A stretch of DNA of 64,000 bases. It comes from an uncultured Trueperaceae bacterium (GTDB lineage: Bacteria > Deinococcota > Deinococci > Deinococcales > Trueperaceae). A model generated the notes under the pieces. The model made no database searches, was not told where the DNA came from, and saw only the letters and a program-made list of their open reading frames with translations. The DNA is taken from the NCBI GenBank assembly GCA_963815215.1, contig CAWFFU010000010.1, forward strand, positions 256,001 to 320,000, read 5' to 3'. Every line of letters starts with the position of its first letter. Position 1 is the stretch's first letter. This document shows, one piece after another, positions 10,218 to 20,687 of this stretch. Position numbers and translations under genes: made by a program.

Positions 10218-12110
10218 ATGCGATCGAACCGAGCGAAGGCGCAGCTGGCCCACGAGATCACCGCGGACGAGATCCGGCATGCCGTCGACGTCGCGGCGGG
10301 CCGCCGCCCGGCCACCCTGCTGCTCAGGGACGGGCGTCTGCTCAACGTCTTCGACGGGCGCATCCGCCGAGTATCGGTCGCCTTCGCAGGCCGCCTCATC
10401 GCGACGGTCGGCAGCGACGACGACGCCCCCGCGGCGGACACCACCATCGACCTGCACGGCGCCTACCTAGCGCCCGGGCTGATCGACGGGCACGTGCACA
10501 TCGAGTCCTCGCTGGTCACGCCCGCGGCCTATGCGGAGGGCGTGGTGCCGCGCGGCGTCACGGGGGTGGTGTGCGACCCGCACGAGATCGCCAACGTCGC
10601 CGGCGTTCCCGGGGTGCAGTGGCTGCTTGAGCGCTCGCGGGACCTGCCGCTGGACGTCTGGGTGACGGTGCCCAGCTCGGTCCCCTCCACCGCCATGGAG
10701 ACGGCGGGGTCGGAGCTGGGACTGGCGGAGATCGAGGCCCTGCTGGAGCACCCCCAGGTCGTGGGCGTGGCCGAGATGATGAGCTTCCCCGCCGTGGTGG
10801 CGGGCGACGCCGTCGAACTCGGCAAGGTGGTGCTCGCCGAGGCCGCCCGCAAGACGGCCGAGGGGCACGCCCCCGGTCTGAGCGGACGCGCGCTCCAGGC
10901 GTACCTGGCCAGCGGCATCGGCTCGGATCACGAGAGCACCACGCTCGAGGAAGGGCGCGAGAAGCTCGAGGCCGGGGTCTTCCTGATGATCCGCGAGGGC
11001 TCCGTGACACGGGATCTGGACGCGTTATTGCCGTTGGTGCGCGTTGAACATGCCGACCGTATCGGCTTCGTCACCGACGACCGGCTGCCGCACGACCTGC
11101 TCGACGAGGGCGGGGTCGACTGCCTGGTGCGGCGGGCCGTGCAGGCGGGCGCCGACCCGGTCTACGCCGTGCGCTGCGCCAGCTACAACGTCGCCCGGCA
11201 CTACGGCCTGAAGCGCCGCGGGGCGGTGGCGCCCGGCTACCTGGCCGACGTGGTGGTGATCGACGACCTCGCCAGCTTCCGGGCGCATGCGGTCTACAAG
11301 GGCGGTCGGCGCGTCGCCGTCGATGGCCGCTACGAGCCGGACGGGCCACGGCGTGCGCGGGGGGTCGTCGGCGGCTCGGCCGCTGGTGGCTCGGGCGCCG
11401 CCGCAGCCCCGGCCGCGGGCCCGGCCGCGTCGGCCGGGGCTGCTGCGAGCGCTCAGGGCGCGGACGCGTGGAACGCCGCCGTTCGCGACACCGTGCGCCT
11501 GCCGCGGCTCGAGGTGGCCGACCTGAGGCTCCCGGACCCGGGCGGGCCGGTGCGCGTTATCCGGGCACACCCCAACCAGATCCTCACCGGCGCGCTCGAG
11601 CTGCTGCCCTCGGTGCGCGACGGCGCCGTGGTTGCCGACCCGGCGCGCGACCTGCTCAAGCTGGTGTGCGTGGAGCGGCACGGCCGCAACGGCGGGTGGG
11701 CGCTGGGTCTGGTGACGGGCTTCGGCCTGCAACACGGGGCGTTGGCGTCCACCGTCGGGCACGACCACCACAACCTGATGGCGGTGGGCGCCGACGACGA
11801 GGCCATGCTGATGGCTGCGCGACGCCTGCAGGAGCTGGGCGGCGGGTTCGTGGCGGTGGGCCGGGGCCGGGTCCTGGCCGAGCTGCCGTTGGAGATCGCG
11901 GGGCTGGTGACCGACGCGCCGCTGGCCGAGGTCCGCCGGCACATGCGAGCTCTGGACGACGCCGCCGCGTCGCTGGGGGCGACGCTCCCGGCGCCGTTCA
12001 TGGCGCTCTCCTTCCTGGGGCTGCCGGTGATCCCCGAGCTCCGGCTCACCGACCTGGGCCTGGTGGACGTGCTCGCCGGACGGATCGTCCCGCTCGCTGC
12101 CGGGGGCTGA
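10218..12110 (+). CDS. ade: Adenine deaminase
   Basis: PGLIDGHVHIESS, DPHEIANV, SDHES, IREGS, FVTDD and STVGHDHHN. Confidence 0.95.
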   Translation: MRSNRAKAQLAHEITADEIRHAVDVAAGRRPATLLLRDGRLLNVFDGRIRRVSVAFAGRLIATVGSDDDAPAADTTIDLHGAYLAPGLIDGHVHIESSLVTPAAYAEGVVPRGVTGVVCDPHEIANVAGVPGVQWLLERSRDLPLDVWVTVPSSVPSTAMETAGSELGLAEIEALLEHPQVVGVAEMMSFPAVVAGDAVELGKVVLAEAARKTAEGHAPGLSGRALQAYLASGIGSDHESTTLEEGREKLEAGVFLMIREGSVTRDLDALLPLVRVEHADRIGFVTDDRLPHDLLDEGGVDCLVRRAVQAGADPVYAVRCASYNVARHYGLKRRGAVAPGYLADVVVIDDLASFRAHAVYKGGRRVAVDGRYEPDGPRRARGVVGGSAAGGSGAAAAPAAGPAASAGAAASAQGADAWNAAVRDTVRLPRLEVADLRLPDPGGPVRVIRAHPNQILTGALELLPSVRDGAVVADPARDLLKLVCVERHGRNGGWALGLVTGFGLQHGALASTVGHDHHNLMAVGADDEAMLMAARRLQELGGGFVAVGRGRVLAELPLEIAGLVTDAPLAEVRRHMRALDDAAASLGATLPAPFMALSFLGLPVIPELRLTDLGLVDVLAGRIVPLAAGG

Positions 12111-12111
12111 G

Positions 12112-13458
12112 ATGGACGCGACCAGTCTGCTGCGGGCCACCGTCATGCACGTGCCCCGCGATCCGTTCCTGGACGGCGGAGCGCTCGAGGCCTTCGACGA
12201 CGGGGCGCTGGCGCTGCAGGACGGTCGCGTGCTGGAGGCCGGCGACTTCGCGGTGCTGCGTCGCCGCTACCCCGACGCAGCGGTCGACGACCGCCGGGGT
12301 GCGGTGGTGTTGCCCGGCCTGGTGGACGCCCACGTGCACTACCCGCAGGTGCCCGTCCTCGGCGCGGTGGGCATGCGGTTGCTCACCTGGCTCGAGCGTC
12401 GCACGCTGCCGGAGGAGGCGCGCTACGCCGATGCCGACTACGCGGCGGCCCGGGCGGACGTCTTCCTGCGGTTGCTTGCGGCCGGCGGGACCACCACCGC
12501 GTTGGTGTTCGGGGCGCACTTCGCGCCCGCCATGGAGCGCTTCTTCCAGGCCGCCGAGCGCTCCGGGCTGCGTATCGCCGCCGGACTCACCGTGGCGGAC
12601 CGCAACCTGCGTGCGGAGCTGCACACCACCCCTGAGCGGGCGCTGGCCGACGGGCTCGAGCTGGCGCGTCGCTGGCACGGTCGCGGCCGGCTGCGTTACG
12701 CCGTGACGCCGCGCTTCGCGCTGTCGGCGGGAGAGGACCTGCTGGGCGCGTGCGGCGAGCTGTTGCGGGCGCTGCCCGGGCTGCTGTTCACCACCCACAT
12801 GAACGAGAGCCGCGAGGAGATCGAGGCGGTGCGCGGGCTGTTCCCGTGGGCCGACGACTACCTGGCGACCTACGAGCGCTTCGGGCTGGTGGGGGAGCGT
12901 TCGCTGTTCGCGCACGACGTCCATCCTCGGCAGGGTGAGCTCGAGCGCCTGGCGGCGGCGAGCGCGACGGTGGTGCACTGCCCGACCAGCAACGTGTCGC
13001 TCGGCAGCGGGCTGTTCCCGCTGCGCCGCCACCTCGAGGCCGGGGTACGGCTGGCGCTCGGGACCGACGTCGGGGCCGGAACCGGCTTCGGCTTGCTCAA
13101 GGAAACGCTGGCGGCTCACCAGGTGCAGATGCTGCGCGACGACGGCGCGGCGCTCGACCCGGCGCGCCTGCTCTACCTGGCGACGGGCGCCGGCGCCCGA
13201 GCGCTGGGGCTGGGGGGCGTGGTGGGGGATTTCCTGCCCGGCCGCGAGGCCGATCTGGTGGTGGTGCGCCCGCGACCGGGATCCACCCTGGCCGAGGTCC
13301 TGACCCACGCCGAGGATGCGTCCTCGGCCCTGGCCGCACTCATCACGCTGGCGCGCGAGGAGAGCGTCGAGGAGGTGCGGGTCGGGGGTCATCGGGTCCA
13401 TGGCGGACCGCCCGTCGACCACGCAGGGCTTGACGCGGACCCGCCTGCCGGGCCATAA
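12112..13458 (+). CDS. guaD: Guanine deaminase
   Basis: PGLVDAHVHYPQ, AVTPRFA, THMNES, HCPTSN and LGTDVGAG. Confidence 0.93.
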   Translation: MDATSLLRATVMHVPRDPFLDGGALEAFDDGALALQDGRVLEAGDFAVLRRRYPDAAVDDRRGAVVLPGLVDAHVHYPQVPVLGAVGMRLLTWLERRTLPEEARYADADYAAARADVFLRLLAAGGTTTALVFGAHFAPAMERFFQAAERSGLRIAAGLTVADRNLRAELHTTPERALADGLELARRWHGRGRLRYAVTPRFALSAGEDLLGACGELLRALPGLLFTTHMNESREEIEAVRGLFPWADDYLATYERFGLVGERSLFAHDVHPRQGELERLAAASATVVHCPTSNVSLGSGLFPLRRHLEAGVRLALGTDVGAGTGFGLLKETLAAHQVQMLRDDGAALDPARLLYLATGAGARALGLGGVVGDFLPGREADLVVVRPRPGSTLAEVLTHAEDASSALAALITLAREESVEEVRVGGHRVHGGPPVDHAGLDADPPAGP

Positions 13459-13466
13459 CCTACGGG

Positions 13467-14264
13467 ATGCTCCTCCACCTCGTCGCGGACTTCGGCGCGG
13501 GCGATCTAGCCTTCGCCGAGGTCGCCCAGCGCCTCAAGCGCAGGCTTCCCGAAGCCGAGCTGGTGCTCACCGCCGTGCCCCCCTTCGCCACCCTGGCCGC
13601 CGGCTTCGTGAGCGCGCAGCTCGCGCTCAACGAAGCGCCGCCGGGAACGCTGGTGTTCCACAACGTCGCGCCGCGCCGCGACGACGACGGGCCTCGAGCC
13701 GACAACGCCGGCGAGAGACTGGTCGCCGCCCGCCTGCCCGGCGGCACCGGCGTGGTTGGGGTCCATGCCGGCTACGCCTTCTCGTTCTTCAAGCAGGCGG
13801 GCGTCGAGCTCCACTACGCGCAGGCCGGGGCCGCCGGATCTCAGTTCCGGTCCCGTGACGTCTTCCCGGACGCCGTGGCCGCACTGGCCCGCGGGGATGC
13901 GGACGCGCTCCACGAAGTGCTTCCGGCCGACAAGGTGCCGGACGTGCCGGAGGGGCGGGTGGCGTACGTCGACGGCTTCGGCAACCTCAAGACGACCTGG
14001 CCTGCGCCCGGCTCGTTCGCGCCCGGCACGCGGGTGCGGGTGCGGGTCGGTGAGGCGGAGCGGGTCGCCTTCGTCAGCGGCGGGAGCTTCTCGGTGCCGG
14101 CGGGCACGCTGGCGTTCGCGCCGGGTAGCAGCGGCTGGCCGCTGGCCGGCGGCACCCTGCGCTTCATGGAGCTGTTCCTGCGTGGCGGCAGCGCGGCCGA
14201 GGCGTTCGGCCGTCCCGCCGTGGGCGCTCGCGTCGAGGTCGCCCTCGCCGCCGTGACCGTCTGA
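13467..14264 (+). CDS. SAM hydrolase/halogenase (DUF62) superfamily protein, divergent
   Basis: LVADFG..D N-terminus, SQFRSRDVF, YVDGFGNLKT and ELFLRGGSAAEAF. Confidence 0.8.
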   Translation: MLLHLVADFGAGDLAFAEVAQRLKRRLPEAELVLTAVPPFATLAAGFVSAQLALNEAPPGTLVFHNVAPRRDDDGPRADNAGERLVAARLPGGTGVVGVHAGYAFSFFKQAGVELHYAQAGAAGSQFRSRDVFPDAVAALARGDADALHEVLPADKVPDVPEGRVAYVDGFGNLKTTWPAPGSFAPGTRVRVRVGEAERVAFVSGGSFSVPAGTLAFAPGSSGWPLAGGTLRFMELFLRGGSAAEAFGRPAVGARVEVALAAVTV

Positions 14265-14268
14265 AGGC

Positions 14269-14868
14269 TCAATCGAGCTCGATCTCTAGACCCTGCAGCA
14301 AGGCGACGGCGTCCGGCATCGAGAAGCGCGCGCCACGGACCCGGGTGGCGCGTACGTCGATGGCGTAGTTGCGTGCCTTGCGCAGGTCGGCGCCGGTCAG
14401 GTCCGCCCCCTCGAAGTTCGTGCCGGCGAAGTCGGTGCCGCGGCACACCGCGTCCACCAGCACGGCCTGCCGGAAGTCGCATTCGCGGGCCACGCAGTGG
14501 TCGATGCGCCTGCCCTCCAACGTGCAGCCCTGGAACGACGCGAGGTCGAGGACGCAGTCGCGGAAGTCGACCTCCAGCGGATCGTGCAGGGTGGCGACGG
14601 CCCGCGCCCAACTCACCCCGGTGAGGTTGCACGCGTCGAAGCTGACGTCCCGGAACGCGCTGCCGCCGACGTCGAACAGGCTCAGGTCGCAGGCGACGAA
14701 CGAGCAGGCCAGGAAGCGGCAGTCTCGGAAGGCGATCTCGCGCAGATGGCCGTCCTCGAAGGTGCACCCAACGAAGGTCGAGCCCTCGACGTCGCGGGTC
14801 TGCTCGAGCTCACGGAAGACCGTATCGCGGTAGTGGTGGCCGCTCTCGATGGGCGTCAAGGGGTGCAC
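14269..14868 (-). CDS. Pentapeptide repeat protein (Qnr/YjcF-like)
   Basis: Repeats such as FVGCT, FRDCR, FVACD, FEGAD and LRKARNYAID. Start is 14868 (GTG) or 14859 (TTG). Confidence 0.88.
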   Translation of the reverse strand: MHPLTPIESGHHYRDTVFRELEQTRDVEGSTFVGCTFEDGHLREIAFRDCRFLACSFVACDLSLFDVGGSAFRDVSFDACNLTGVSWARAVATLHDPLEVDFRDCVLDLASFQGCTLEGRRIDHCVARECDFRQAVLVDAVCRGTDFAGTNFEGADLTGADLRKARNYAIDVRATRVRGARFSMPDAVALLQGLEIELD

Positions 14869-15485
14869 GGGTCGGCTCCTCCCTGCAGGTCGTTCGGCCG
14901 GTTGACGTTGCGCAGCACCGAGTGGCCGCAGACCGCCTCGACCTCGTCGCGCTCGACCGTGACGAGGGGGAGCCCTCGCAGTAGTCCCTGCACGTCGAGC
15001 AGGCCACCGTCGAGGCGGGCGCCGGCGATCTCGAGCACCGAGCGCGGGTAGAGGGCGGCGAGCGGCTCCAGGCGCCCTCCGGCCCCGCGTACCACGACGG
15101 CGCAGCCCTCCTCGGCGCGGCGGCACAAGAGGCGCCAGAAGGTTTCCGTGAGGCAGGGGAGGTCGCAGGCGGCGACTGCCACCCAGGGGTTCGAGGCCGT
15201 GCTCAGCGCGGTCTCGAGGCCTCCCAGTGGGCCGAGCCCCGCCCGCAGGTCGGGGACGAAGCGGGCCCCGGCGACGGGGTACGACCTCCCCACCAGCAGC
15301 CGTTCCCGGGCGGGCGCCAGGCTGTCCAGCGTGCGCTCGACCAGCGTCCGCCCGGCGACGACCTGGCGCGCCTTGTCGCTGCCGTAGCGCGTGGAGCGTC
15401 CGCCACACAGCACCGCGCCGGTCACCTCCTCGAGACGGAGGGGGTCGCCGAGGTGGCGAGAGGGGTGGTGGGAGAGGCCGACCAT
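14856..15485 (-). CDS. mobA: Molybdenum cofactor guanylyltransferase
   Basis: GAVLCGGRSTRYGSDKA, GPLGGL, ACDLP, EPLAALY and NVNRP. Confidence 0.9.
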   Translation of the reverse strand: MVGLSHHPSRHLGDPLRLEEVTGAVLCGGRSTRYGSDKARQVVAGRTLVERTLDSLAPARERLLVGRSYPVAGARFVPDLRAGLGPLGGLETALSTASNPWVAVAACDLPCLTETFWRLLCRRAEEGCAVVVRGAGGRLEPLAALYPRSVLEIAGARLDGGLLDVQGLLRGLPLVTVERDEVEAVCGHSVLRNVNRPNDLQGGADPCTP

Positions 15486-15546
15486 GCGAGCGTCATTCTA
15501 GGCCGCGCGGGCAGTCCGCGCTCGGGAGCGCACCGTAGACTGGCCC

Positions 15547-16230
15547 ATGCGGCGTTCGGCGACTGCGCGCAAGACGGCGGCACTCCTGTCTTGGCTGGTG
15601 CTGCTGGGGGCCTTCCTGGTGGCGGCGAGTCGCCATCCCGGCGGGGTCGTGGGGGTTCTGGAAGTCGCGCTCCGCTCCGCCCGGCACTCGCCCGACGGCC
15701 TGCTGTTGCTGGCGGGCATCTACCTGATCCGGCCCCTGCTGCTGCTGCCCGTCACCGTGCTGACGGCCTTCTGCGGTTACCTGTTCGGTCCCGGCTGGGG
15801 CGTTGCGGTGGCGCACCTCGCGGCGCTCGCCTCCGCCTCGGTGGGCTACCTGATGGCGCGCTGGTGGCGCGGACGGCGCCCCGACGGCGCGAAGGATGCG
15901 AGCGTGCCGCCGGGGTGGATGGGCAGGTTGCGGCACGGGACCTTCGAGGCGGTGCTGGCGAGCCGTCTGAGCTTCGTTCCCGGTGACCTGGTCAACGGCG
16001 CCGCCGGAGCGATGGCCTTGCCGTTCGTGCCGTTCGCGGCGGCCACGGCCCTCGGAGGGCTGCCCGGAACGGTGGTGGGCGTGCTGGCAGGCGCCGGCAT
16101 GCGCGGTCGAGGCTTCCGGGCCGCGGCCGTCGAGCTGCAGCCCGCGTTCATCGCGGCGTCACTGGCGCTGGCCGTGATCAGCGTGCTCCTCGCCGTCGCT
16201 CTGCGGCGGCGGCCGCCGCCGCCGAGCTGA
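15547..16230 (+). CDS. TVP38/DedA (VTT domain) membrane protein
   Basis: RPLLLLP, GYLFG and RLSFVPGDLVN motifs. TAGACT lies 5 nt before the ATG. Confidence 0.85.
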   Translation: MRRSATARKTAALLSWLVLLGAFLVAASRHPGGVVGVLEVALRSARHSPDGLLLLAGIYLIRPLLLLPVTVLTAFCGYLFGPGWGVAVAHLAALASASVGYLMARWWRGRRPDGAKDASVPPGWMGRLRHGTFEAVLASRLSFVPGDLVNGAAGAMALPFVPFAAATALGGLPGTVVGVLAGAGMRGRGFRAAAVELQPAFIAASLALAVISVLLAVALRRRPPPPS

Positions 16231-16236
16231 GCGACG

Positions 16237-17448
16237 TCACAACGCGAAGCGCTCGTCGGCCAGGTCGGAGAGGTGCCGGCCGATCGCCAGCGAGGCGGTC
16301 GCGGCCGGCGAGGGGGCGTTCAGGACGTGGATGGCGCGGGGGCTCTCGCGGATGACGAAGTCGTCGAGCAGCTTCCCGTCACGCCCCATCGCTTGGGCGC
16401 GGACCCCCGCTCCGCCGCGCCGCACGTCGCTCACGGCGATCTCCGGCATCAGGCGCTGGATGGCGTGCACGAACGCCACCTTGGAGAACGAACGGTAGTA
16501 CTCGTACAGGCCGATGCCGAGGAAGGAGCGCGCCATGCGCCACAGGCCCGGGAAGGCGAGGCTCTCGGCGGTGTCGCGCAGGCTGACGTCGAGCACGCTG
16601 TAGCCCTCGCGGTCGAACGCCAGCACCGCGTTCGGCCCCGCCTCCACCTCGCCGGCCACGGTGCGGGTGAGGTGAACGCCGAGGAAGGGCAGTGCCGGAT
16701 CGGGCACCGGGTAGATGAGGCCGCGTACCAGGGCGCGGCGCTCCGGGGCCAGCACCATGTACTCGCCGCGGAAGGGGATGATGCGCACGTCGAGGTCGAC
16801 CCCGGCCATGGCCGCCACGCGGTCGGCGTAGAGTCCGGCGCAGGTGACCAGGTAAGCGGCGTCGACGCCGCCCGCCTGCGTGTCGAGATGGACGCTGTCG
16901 GCGTCGGCGCGGATGGTGCGGACGGCGGCGCCCGTCAACACGCTTCCGCCCCGCCGCTCGAACTCGCTGCGCATGGCGCGGGTGACCGCGCCGTAGTCGG
17001 TGATGGCGGTGGAGGGGGAGTGGATGGCGCGCAGCCCGGTGGCGTGGGGCTCGATCTCCCGCAGCTCCCGCTCGTCGAGTGTGCGCAGGCCGGGCACACC
17101 GTTCTCGGTGCCCCGCGCCAGCAGGTCATCGAGGCGCGGCAGCTCGTCGGTGCGCGTCGCCACGATCACCTTACCGACCGGATCGAAGGGGATGCCGTGC
17201 TGCTCGCAGAAGGCACGCATCAGACCGACGCCCTGGACGCACAGCTCCGCTTTCAGGGAACCGGGTCGGTAGTAGATGCCGGAGTGCACCACGCCGGAGT
17301 TGTGGCCGGTCTGGTGCCGGCCGACCTGCGGCTCCTTCTCGAGCACCGTGAGCTGCAGCTGCGGGTGTCGATCCTGCAGCGACAGCGCGGTGGCGAGGCC
17401 GACGATGCCCCCGCCGAGGACGGCGATATCGGGACGGGAAGGGTCCAT
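16237..17448 (-). CDS. lhgO: L-2-hydroxyglutarate oxidase
   Basis: GGGIVG, HQTGHNSGVVHSGIYY, PFRGEY, PFLGVH and NAPSPAATASL. Confidence 0.92.
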   Translation of the reverse strand: MDPSRPDIAVLGGGIVGLATALSLQDRHPQLQLTVLEKEPQVGRHQTGHNSGVVHSGIYYRPGSLKAELCVQGVGLMRAFCEQHGIPFDPVGKVIVATRTDELPRLDDLLARGTENGVPGLRTLDERELREIEPHATGLRAIHSPSTAITDYGAVTRAMRSEFERRGGSVLTGAAVRTIRADADSVHLDTQAGGVDAAYLVTCAGLYADRVAAMAGVDLDVRIIPFRGEYMVLAPERRALVRGLIYPVPDPALPFLGVHLTRTVAGEVEAGPNAVLAFDREGYSVLDVSLRDTAESLAFPGLWRMARSFLGIGLYEYYRSFSKVAFVHAIQRLMPEIAVSDVRRGGAGVRAQAMGRDGKLLDDFVIRESPRAIHVLNAPSPAATASLAIGRHLSDLADERFAL

Positions 17449-17454
17449 GGCGCC

Positions 17455-17739
17455 CTAGACCGCGCGCTTGAAGGGATAGATGTCGACGCTCTGCCAGACG
17501 GCCTCACGGCTGTAGATGTCGTTGTCGATGAAGGCGCGTGCGGCCTCGAGGCTGTCGGCCTCCAGCAACAGGGCCGAGCCGATCATGGTGCCGTCATCGT
17601 CGAGGATGGCGCCGCCGATCTGGAGCATGCCCGAATCGACCGCGGTCCGGATACCCTCGAGGTGGGTAGCGCGCACGCGCTGGCGTCGCGCGGGCGCCTC
17701 CGAGTCGGTACCGTCGTGGGCGAGGACGATGTAGAGCAT
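17455..17739 (-). CDS. YciI family protein
   Basis: R...R.THL, GGAIL and GS...DIY pattern. GGAGG RBS. Confidence 0.88.
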   Translation of the reverse strand: MLYIVLAHDGTDSEAPARRQRVRATHLEGIRTAVDSGMLQIGGAILDDDGTMIGSALLLEADSLEAARAFIDNDIYSREAVWQSVDIYPFKRAV

Positions 17740-17858
17740 AGGACCTCCTGAGCCGTGTTCTGGCGCTACTGTACCGCGGGGGTGCCGGCGACCAGAGTGG
17801 TGTCCCCGGCGCGGTTGGCGAACGCCGGGTCCGCGGACGAGGCACTCACAGGCTCAAA

Positions 17859-17947
17859 CTTGATACAATGGGACTCATATCTGTTGACAACAAAGCGACG
17901 TCTGGCTATACTCGCCTGCAGTGAGGTTTGCGTCGACTATACTCAGG
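17859..17947 (+). promoter_or_regulatory. dnaK promoter flanked by two HAIR-like (HspR) operators
   Basis: TTGACA(17884)-17 nt-TATACT(17907). CTTGATA-N7-ACTCATA (17859-17879) and TTTGCGT-N7-ACTCAGG (17927-17947) compare with the consensus CTTGAGT-N7-ACTCAAG. Confidence 0.8.
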
Positions 17948-18009
17948 TTTTGTGACGCAGGATGTAGGTTCGGCCTGAGAGCATTCCCGAGGCAAGAGGA
18001 GTCCCAACC

Positions 18010-19908
18010 ATGGCAAAGGCAGTAGGCATCGACCTCGGCACCACCAACAGCGTCATCGCCATCATGGAGAGCGGCGAGCCGACGGTGCTGGTCAACAGCG
18101 AGGGCAACCGCACCACCCCGTCGGTGGTGGCGTTCAAGGACGAGAACCGCCTGGTCGGTCAGGTCGCCAAGCGCCAGGCCGTGCTCAACCCCAGGGGAAC
18201 GCTGTTCGAGGTCAAGCGCTTCATCGGCCGAACCTGGGACGAGGTCAAGCATGAGGCCGAGCGCGCGCCCTACGAGGTGGCGCGCGGCGATGACGGCGGC
18301 GTCCGTTTCGTCGTTGGAGACAAGAAGTACACCTCCGAAGAGGTGTCGGCCATGGTGCTTCGCAAGATGGTCGACGACGCCAGCGAGCGGGTGGGCGAGA
18401 AGATCAACAAGGCGGTCATCACGGTGCCCGCCTACTTCAACAACTCGCAGCGCGAGGCCACCCAGAACGCCGGCCGCATCGCCGGGCTGGAGGTGCTGCG
18501 CATCGTCAACGAGCCCACGGCGGCAGCGCTCGCCTACGGCCTCGAGAAGAAGGGGAACGAGACCATCCTGGTCTTCGACCTGGGCGGCGGCACCTTCGAC
18601 GTGTCGGTGCTCGAGGTCGGGGACGGGGTGTTCGAGGTGCGGTCCACCAGCGGCGACACCCACCTCGGCGGCTCCGACATGGACCACGCCGTGGTCGACT
18701 GGATGGCCGCGGAGTTCAAGAAGGAGTACAACGTCGACCTGCTCAAGGACAAGCAGGCGTTGCAGCGCCTCATCGAGGCCGCGGAGAAGGCCAAGATCGA
18801 GCTCTCCGGACTGCCCGAGACCACCATCAGTTTGCCGTTCATCGCCATGGATCCGGCGTCGAACGCGCCGCTCTACCTCGAGCAGAAGCTGACCCGCAGC
18901 AAGTTCGAGGAGCTGGTAGGCCCGCTGCTGCAACGGCTGCGGCATCCGGTCGAGCAGGCGCTCGCCGACGCCAAGGTCGGCAAGGGCGAGATCGACGAGA
19001 TCATCCTGGTCGGTGGCGCCACCCGCGTGCCCGCCGTGAAGCGCATCGTCAAGGAGCTGCTCGGCAAGGAGCCGAATCAGAGCGTCAACCCCGACGAGGT
19101 GGTGGCGCTGGGCGCGGCCATCCAGGCCGGCGTACTCACCGGCGACGTCGAGGACATCGTGCTGCTCGACGTCACGCCCCTGAGCCTGGGCGTGGAGACC
19201 AAGGGCGGCGTGTTCACCAAGCTGATCGAGCGCAACACCACCGTGCCGGTACGCAAGACCGAGACCTTCACCACCGCCGACCACAACCAGACCGGCGTCG
19301 AGGTGCATGTGCTCCAGGGCGAGCGCTCGATGGCGAACGACAACAAGTCGCTCGGCCGCTTCAAGCTCGACGGGCTGCCGCCCATGCCCGCCGGCATGCC
19401 CCAGATCGAGATCACCTACGACATCGACGCCAACGGCGTGTTGCACGTGACCGCCAAGGAGAAGTCCACCGGCAAGGCCGCCAACATCACCATCCAGAAC
19501 ACCACCACACTCGGCGACGACGAGGTGGAGCGGATGGTGTCCGACGCCCAGGCGCACGCCGACGAGGATCACCAGGCGCGCGAGCTCGCCGAAGCGCGCA
19601 ACCAGCTCGACAGCCTGCGGCTGCAGGCGCGCAAGGCGGTCGACGATGCCGCGGGCGCCGGCGACGAGCAGAAGAAGCCGGTGGAGGACGCGATCCAGGA
19701 GGCGCAGCAGGCGCTCGACCAGAGCGCCGGCAAGGATCGCCTCGACGCCGTGACCAAGACCCTGGTCGAGGCGCTGCAGGCCTTCCAGCAGGCGACCGCC
19801 GCGCAGCAGGACGCCTCGCAGGGCGGCGAGCCCGGTGCCGGCGAGAGCGCCGGCGATGGGGCCGAGGACGAGGACGTCATCGACGCGGACTTCAAGCCGG
19901 CCGGCTGA
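18010..19908 (+). CDS. dnaK: Chaperone DnaK (Hsp70)
   Basis: [37 protein letters not shown] and C-terminal VIDADF. Confidence 0.99.
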   Translation: MAKAVGIDLGTTNSVIAIMESGEPTVLVNSEGNRTTPSVVAFKDENRLVGQVAKRQAVLNPRGTLFEVKRFIGRTWDEVKHEAERAPYEVARGDDGGVRFVVGDKKYTSEEVSAMVLRKMVDDASERVGEKINKAVITVPAYFNNSQREATQNAGRIAGLEVLRIVNEPTAAALAYGLEKKGNETILVFDLGGGTFDVSVLEVGDGVFEVRSTSGDTHLGGSDMDHAVVDWMAAEFKKEYNVDLLKDKQALQRLIEAAEKAKIELSGLPETTISLPFIAMDPASNAPLYLEQKLTRSKFEELVGPLLQRLRHPVEQALADAKVGKGEIDEIILVGGATRVPAVKRIVKELLGKEPNQSVNPDEVVALGAAIQAGVLTGDVEDIVLLDVTPLSLGVETKGGVFTKLIERNTTVPVRKTETFTTADHNQTGVEVHVLQGERSMANDNKSLGRFKLDGLPPMPAGMPQIEITYDIDANGVLHVTAKEKSTGKAANITIQNTTTLGDDEVERMVSDAQAHADEDHQARELAEARNQLDSLRLQARKAVDDAAGAGDEQKKPVEDAIQEAQQALDQSAGKDRLDAVTKTLVEALQAFQQATAAQQDASQGGEPGAGESAGDGAEDEDVIDADFKPAG

Positions 19909-19923
19909 GCCGGACGAGCATCC

Positions 19924-19963
19924 GTCAGCGCGCGACGCGCACGAGGCGGCGTCGCGCGCTGAC
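19924..19963 (+). terminator. 15-bp stem-loop between dnaK and grpE
   Basis: gtcagcgcgcgacgc ... gcgtcgcgcgctgac with no U-tract. Confidence 0.55.
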
Positions 19964-19978
19964 CGCTAGGACGAGGTT

Positions 19979-20638
19979 ATGAGCGATCCCAAGAACCACG
20001 ACGACAGCGGTGGCGGCACCGTCGACGAGCGGCAGCCCGGCGACGGTGCGGGCGCCGAGGAGGCGCGCGGGCGCGCCACTGCTCCTCAGAACCAGGGCGC
20101 GACGACGGCCGACCCGGCTGCGGCGGCCGACCAGGAGGTGGACATCCTGCGCAGCGAGCTGGCCAGGACGCAAGAGCTGCTGGGCGAGGCACAGCGCGAG
20201 GCGGCGGAGTGCCGCGACCGCTACCTGCGCGGCCGCGCCGAGTTGGAGACCTTCCGCCGGCGGGTCGCCGGCGACGTCGAGCTCGCCCGCGAGGCGGGTC
20301 TCGACAGCGCGGTGCTGGCCGTGCTGGCGGTCTTCGACGACCTGGGACGGGCGCTGCAGGCGGCCGAGTCCACCGATGACCCGTCGACCATCGTGCCGGG
20401 CGTGCGAGCGGTCAAGGACTCGCTCGTGCGCACCCTCGAGACCCTCGATATCCGGTCCATCGGTGCTGCGGGCGACCCGTTCGACCCGAATCAGCACGAG
20501 GCGCTCACGACCGTTCCGCTCGCCGATGGCGCCGAGCCCGGCACCATCGCGGATGTGTTCCAGGCAGGCTTCAAGCGCGGCGACCGGTTGGTGCGGCCGG
20601 CGCGCGTGGTGGTGTACACGGAGCCGGAGGACGGCTAG
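19979..20638 (+). CDS. grpE: Nucleotide exchange factor GrpE
   Basis: RAELETFRRR, FDPNQHEA and LVRPARVVV. Follows dnaK. Confidence 0.96.
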   Translation: MSDPKNHDDSGGGTVDERQPGDGAGAEEARGRATAPQNQGATTADPAAAADQEVDILRSELARTQELLGEAQREAAECRDRYLRGRAELETFRRRVAGDVELAREAGLDSAVLAVLAVFDDLGRALQAAESTDDPSTIVPGVRAVKDSLVRTLETLDIRSIGAAGDPFDPNQHEALTTVPLADGAEPGTIADVFQAGFKRGDRLVRPARVVVYTEPEDG

Positions 20639-20687
20639 GGCCCGGCCGGGCGCCGCCGGATGCGCCCGGCGCGGGAGGTGATTCGAC

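Noticed and set aside
14269..14868. Acquired qnr quinolone-resistance gene
   Set aside because: It is a chromosomal pentapeptide protein coupled to mobA with no mobile context, and its function cannot be assigned from the repeats alone.
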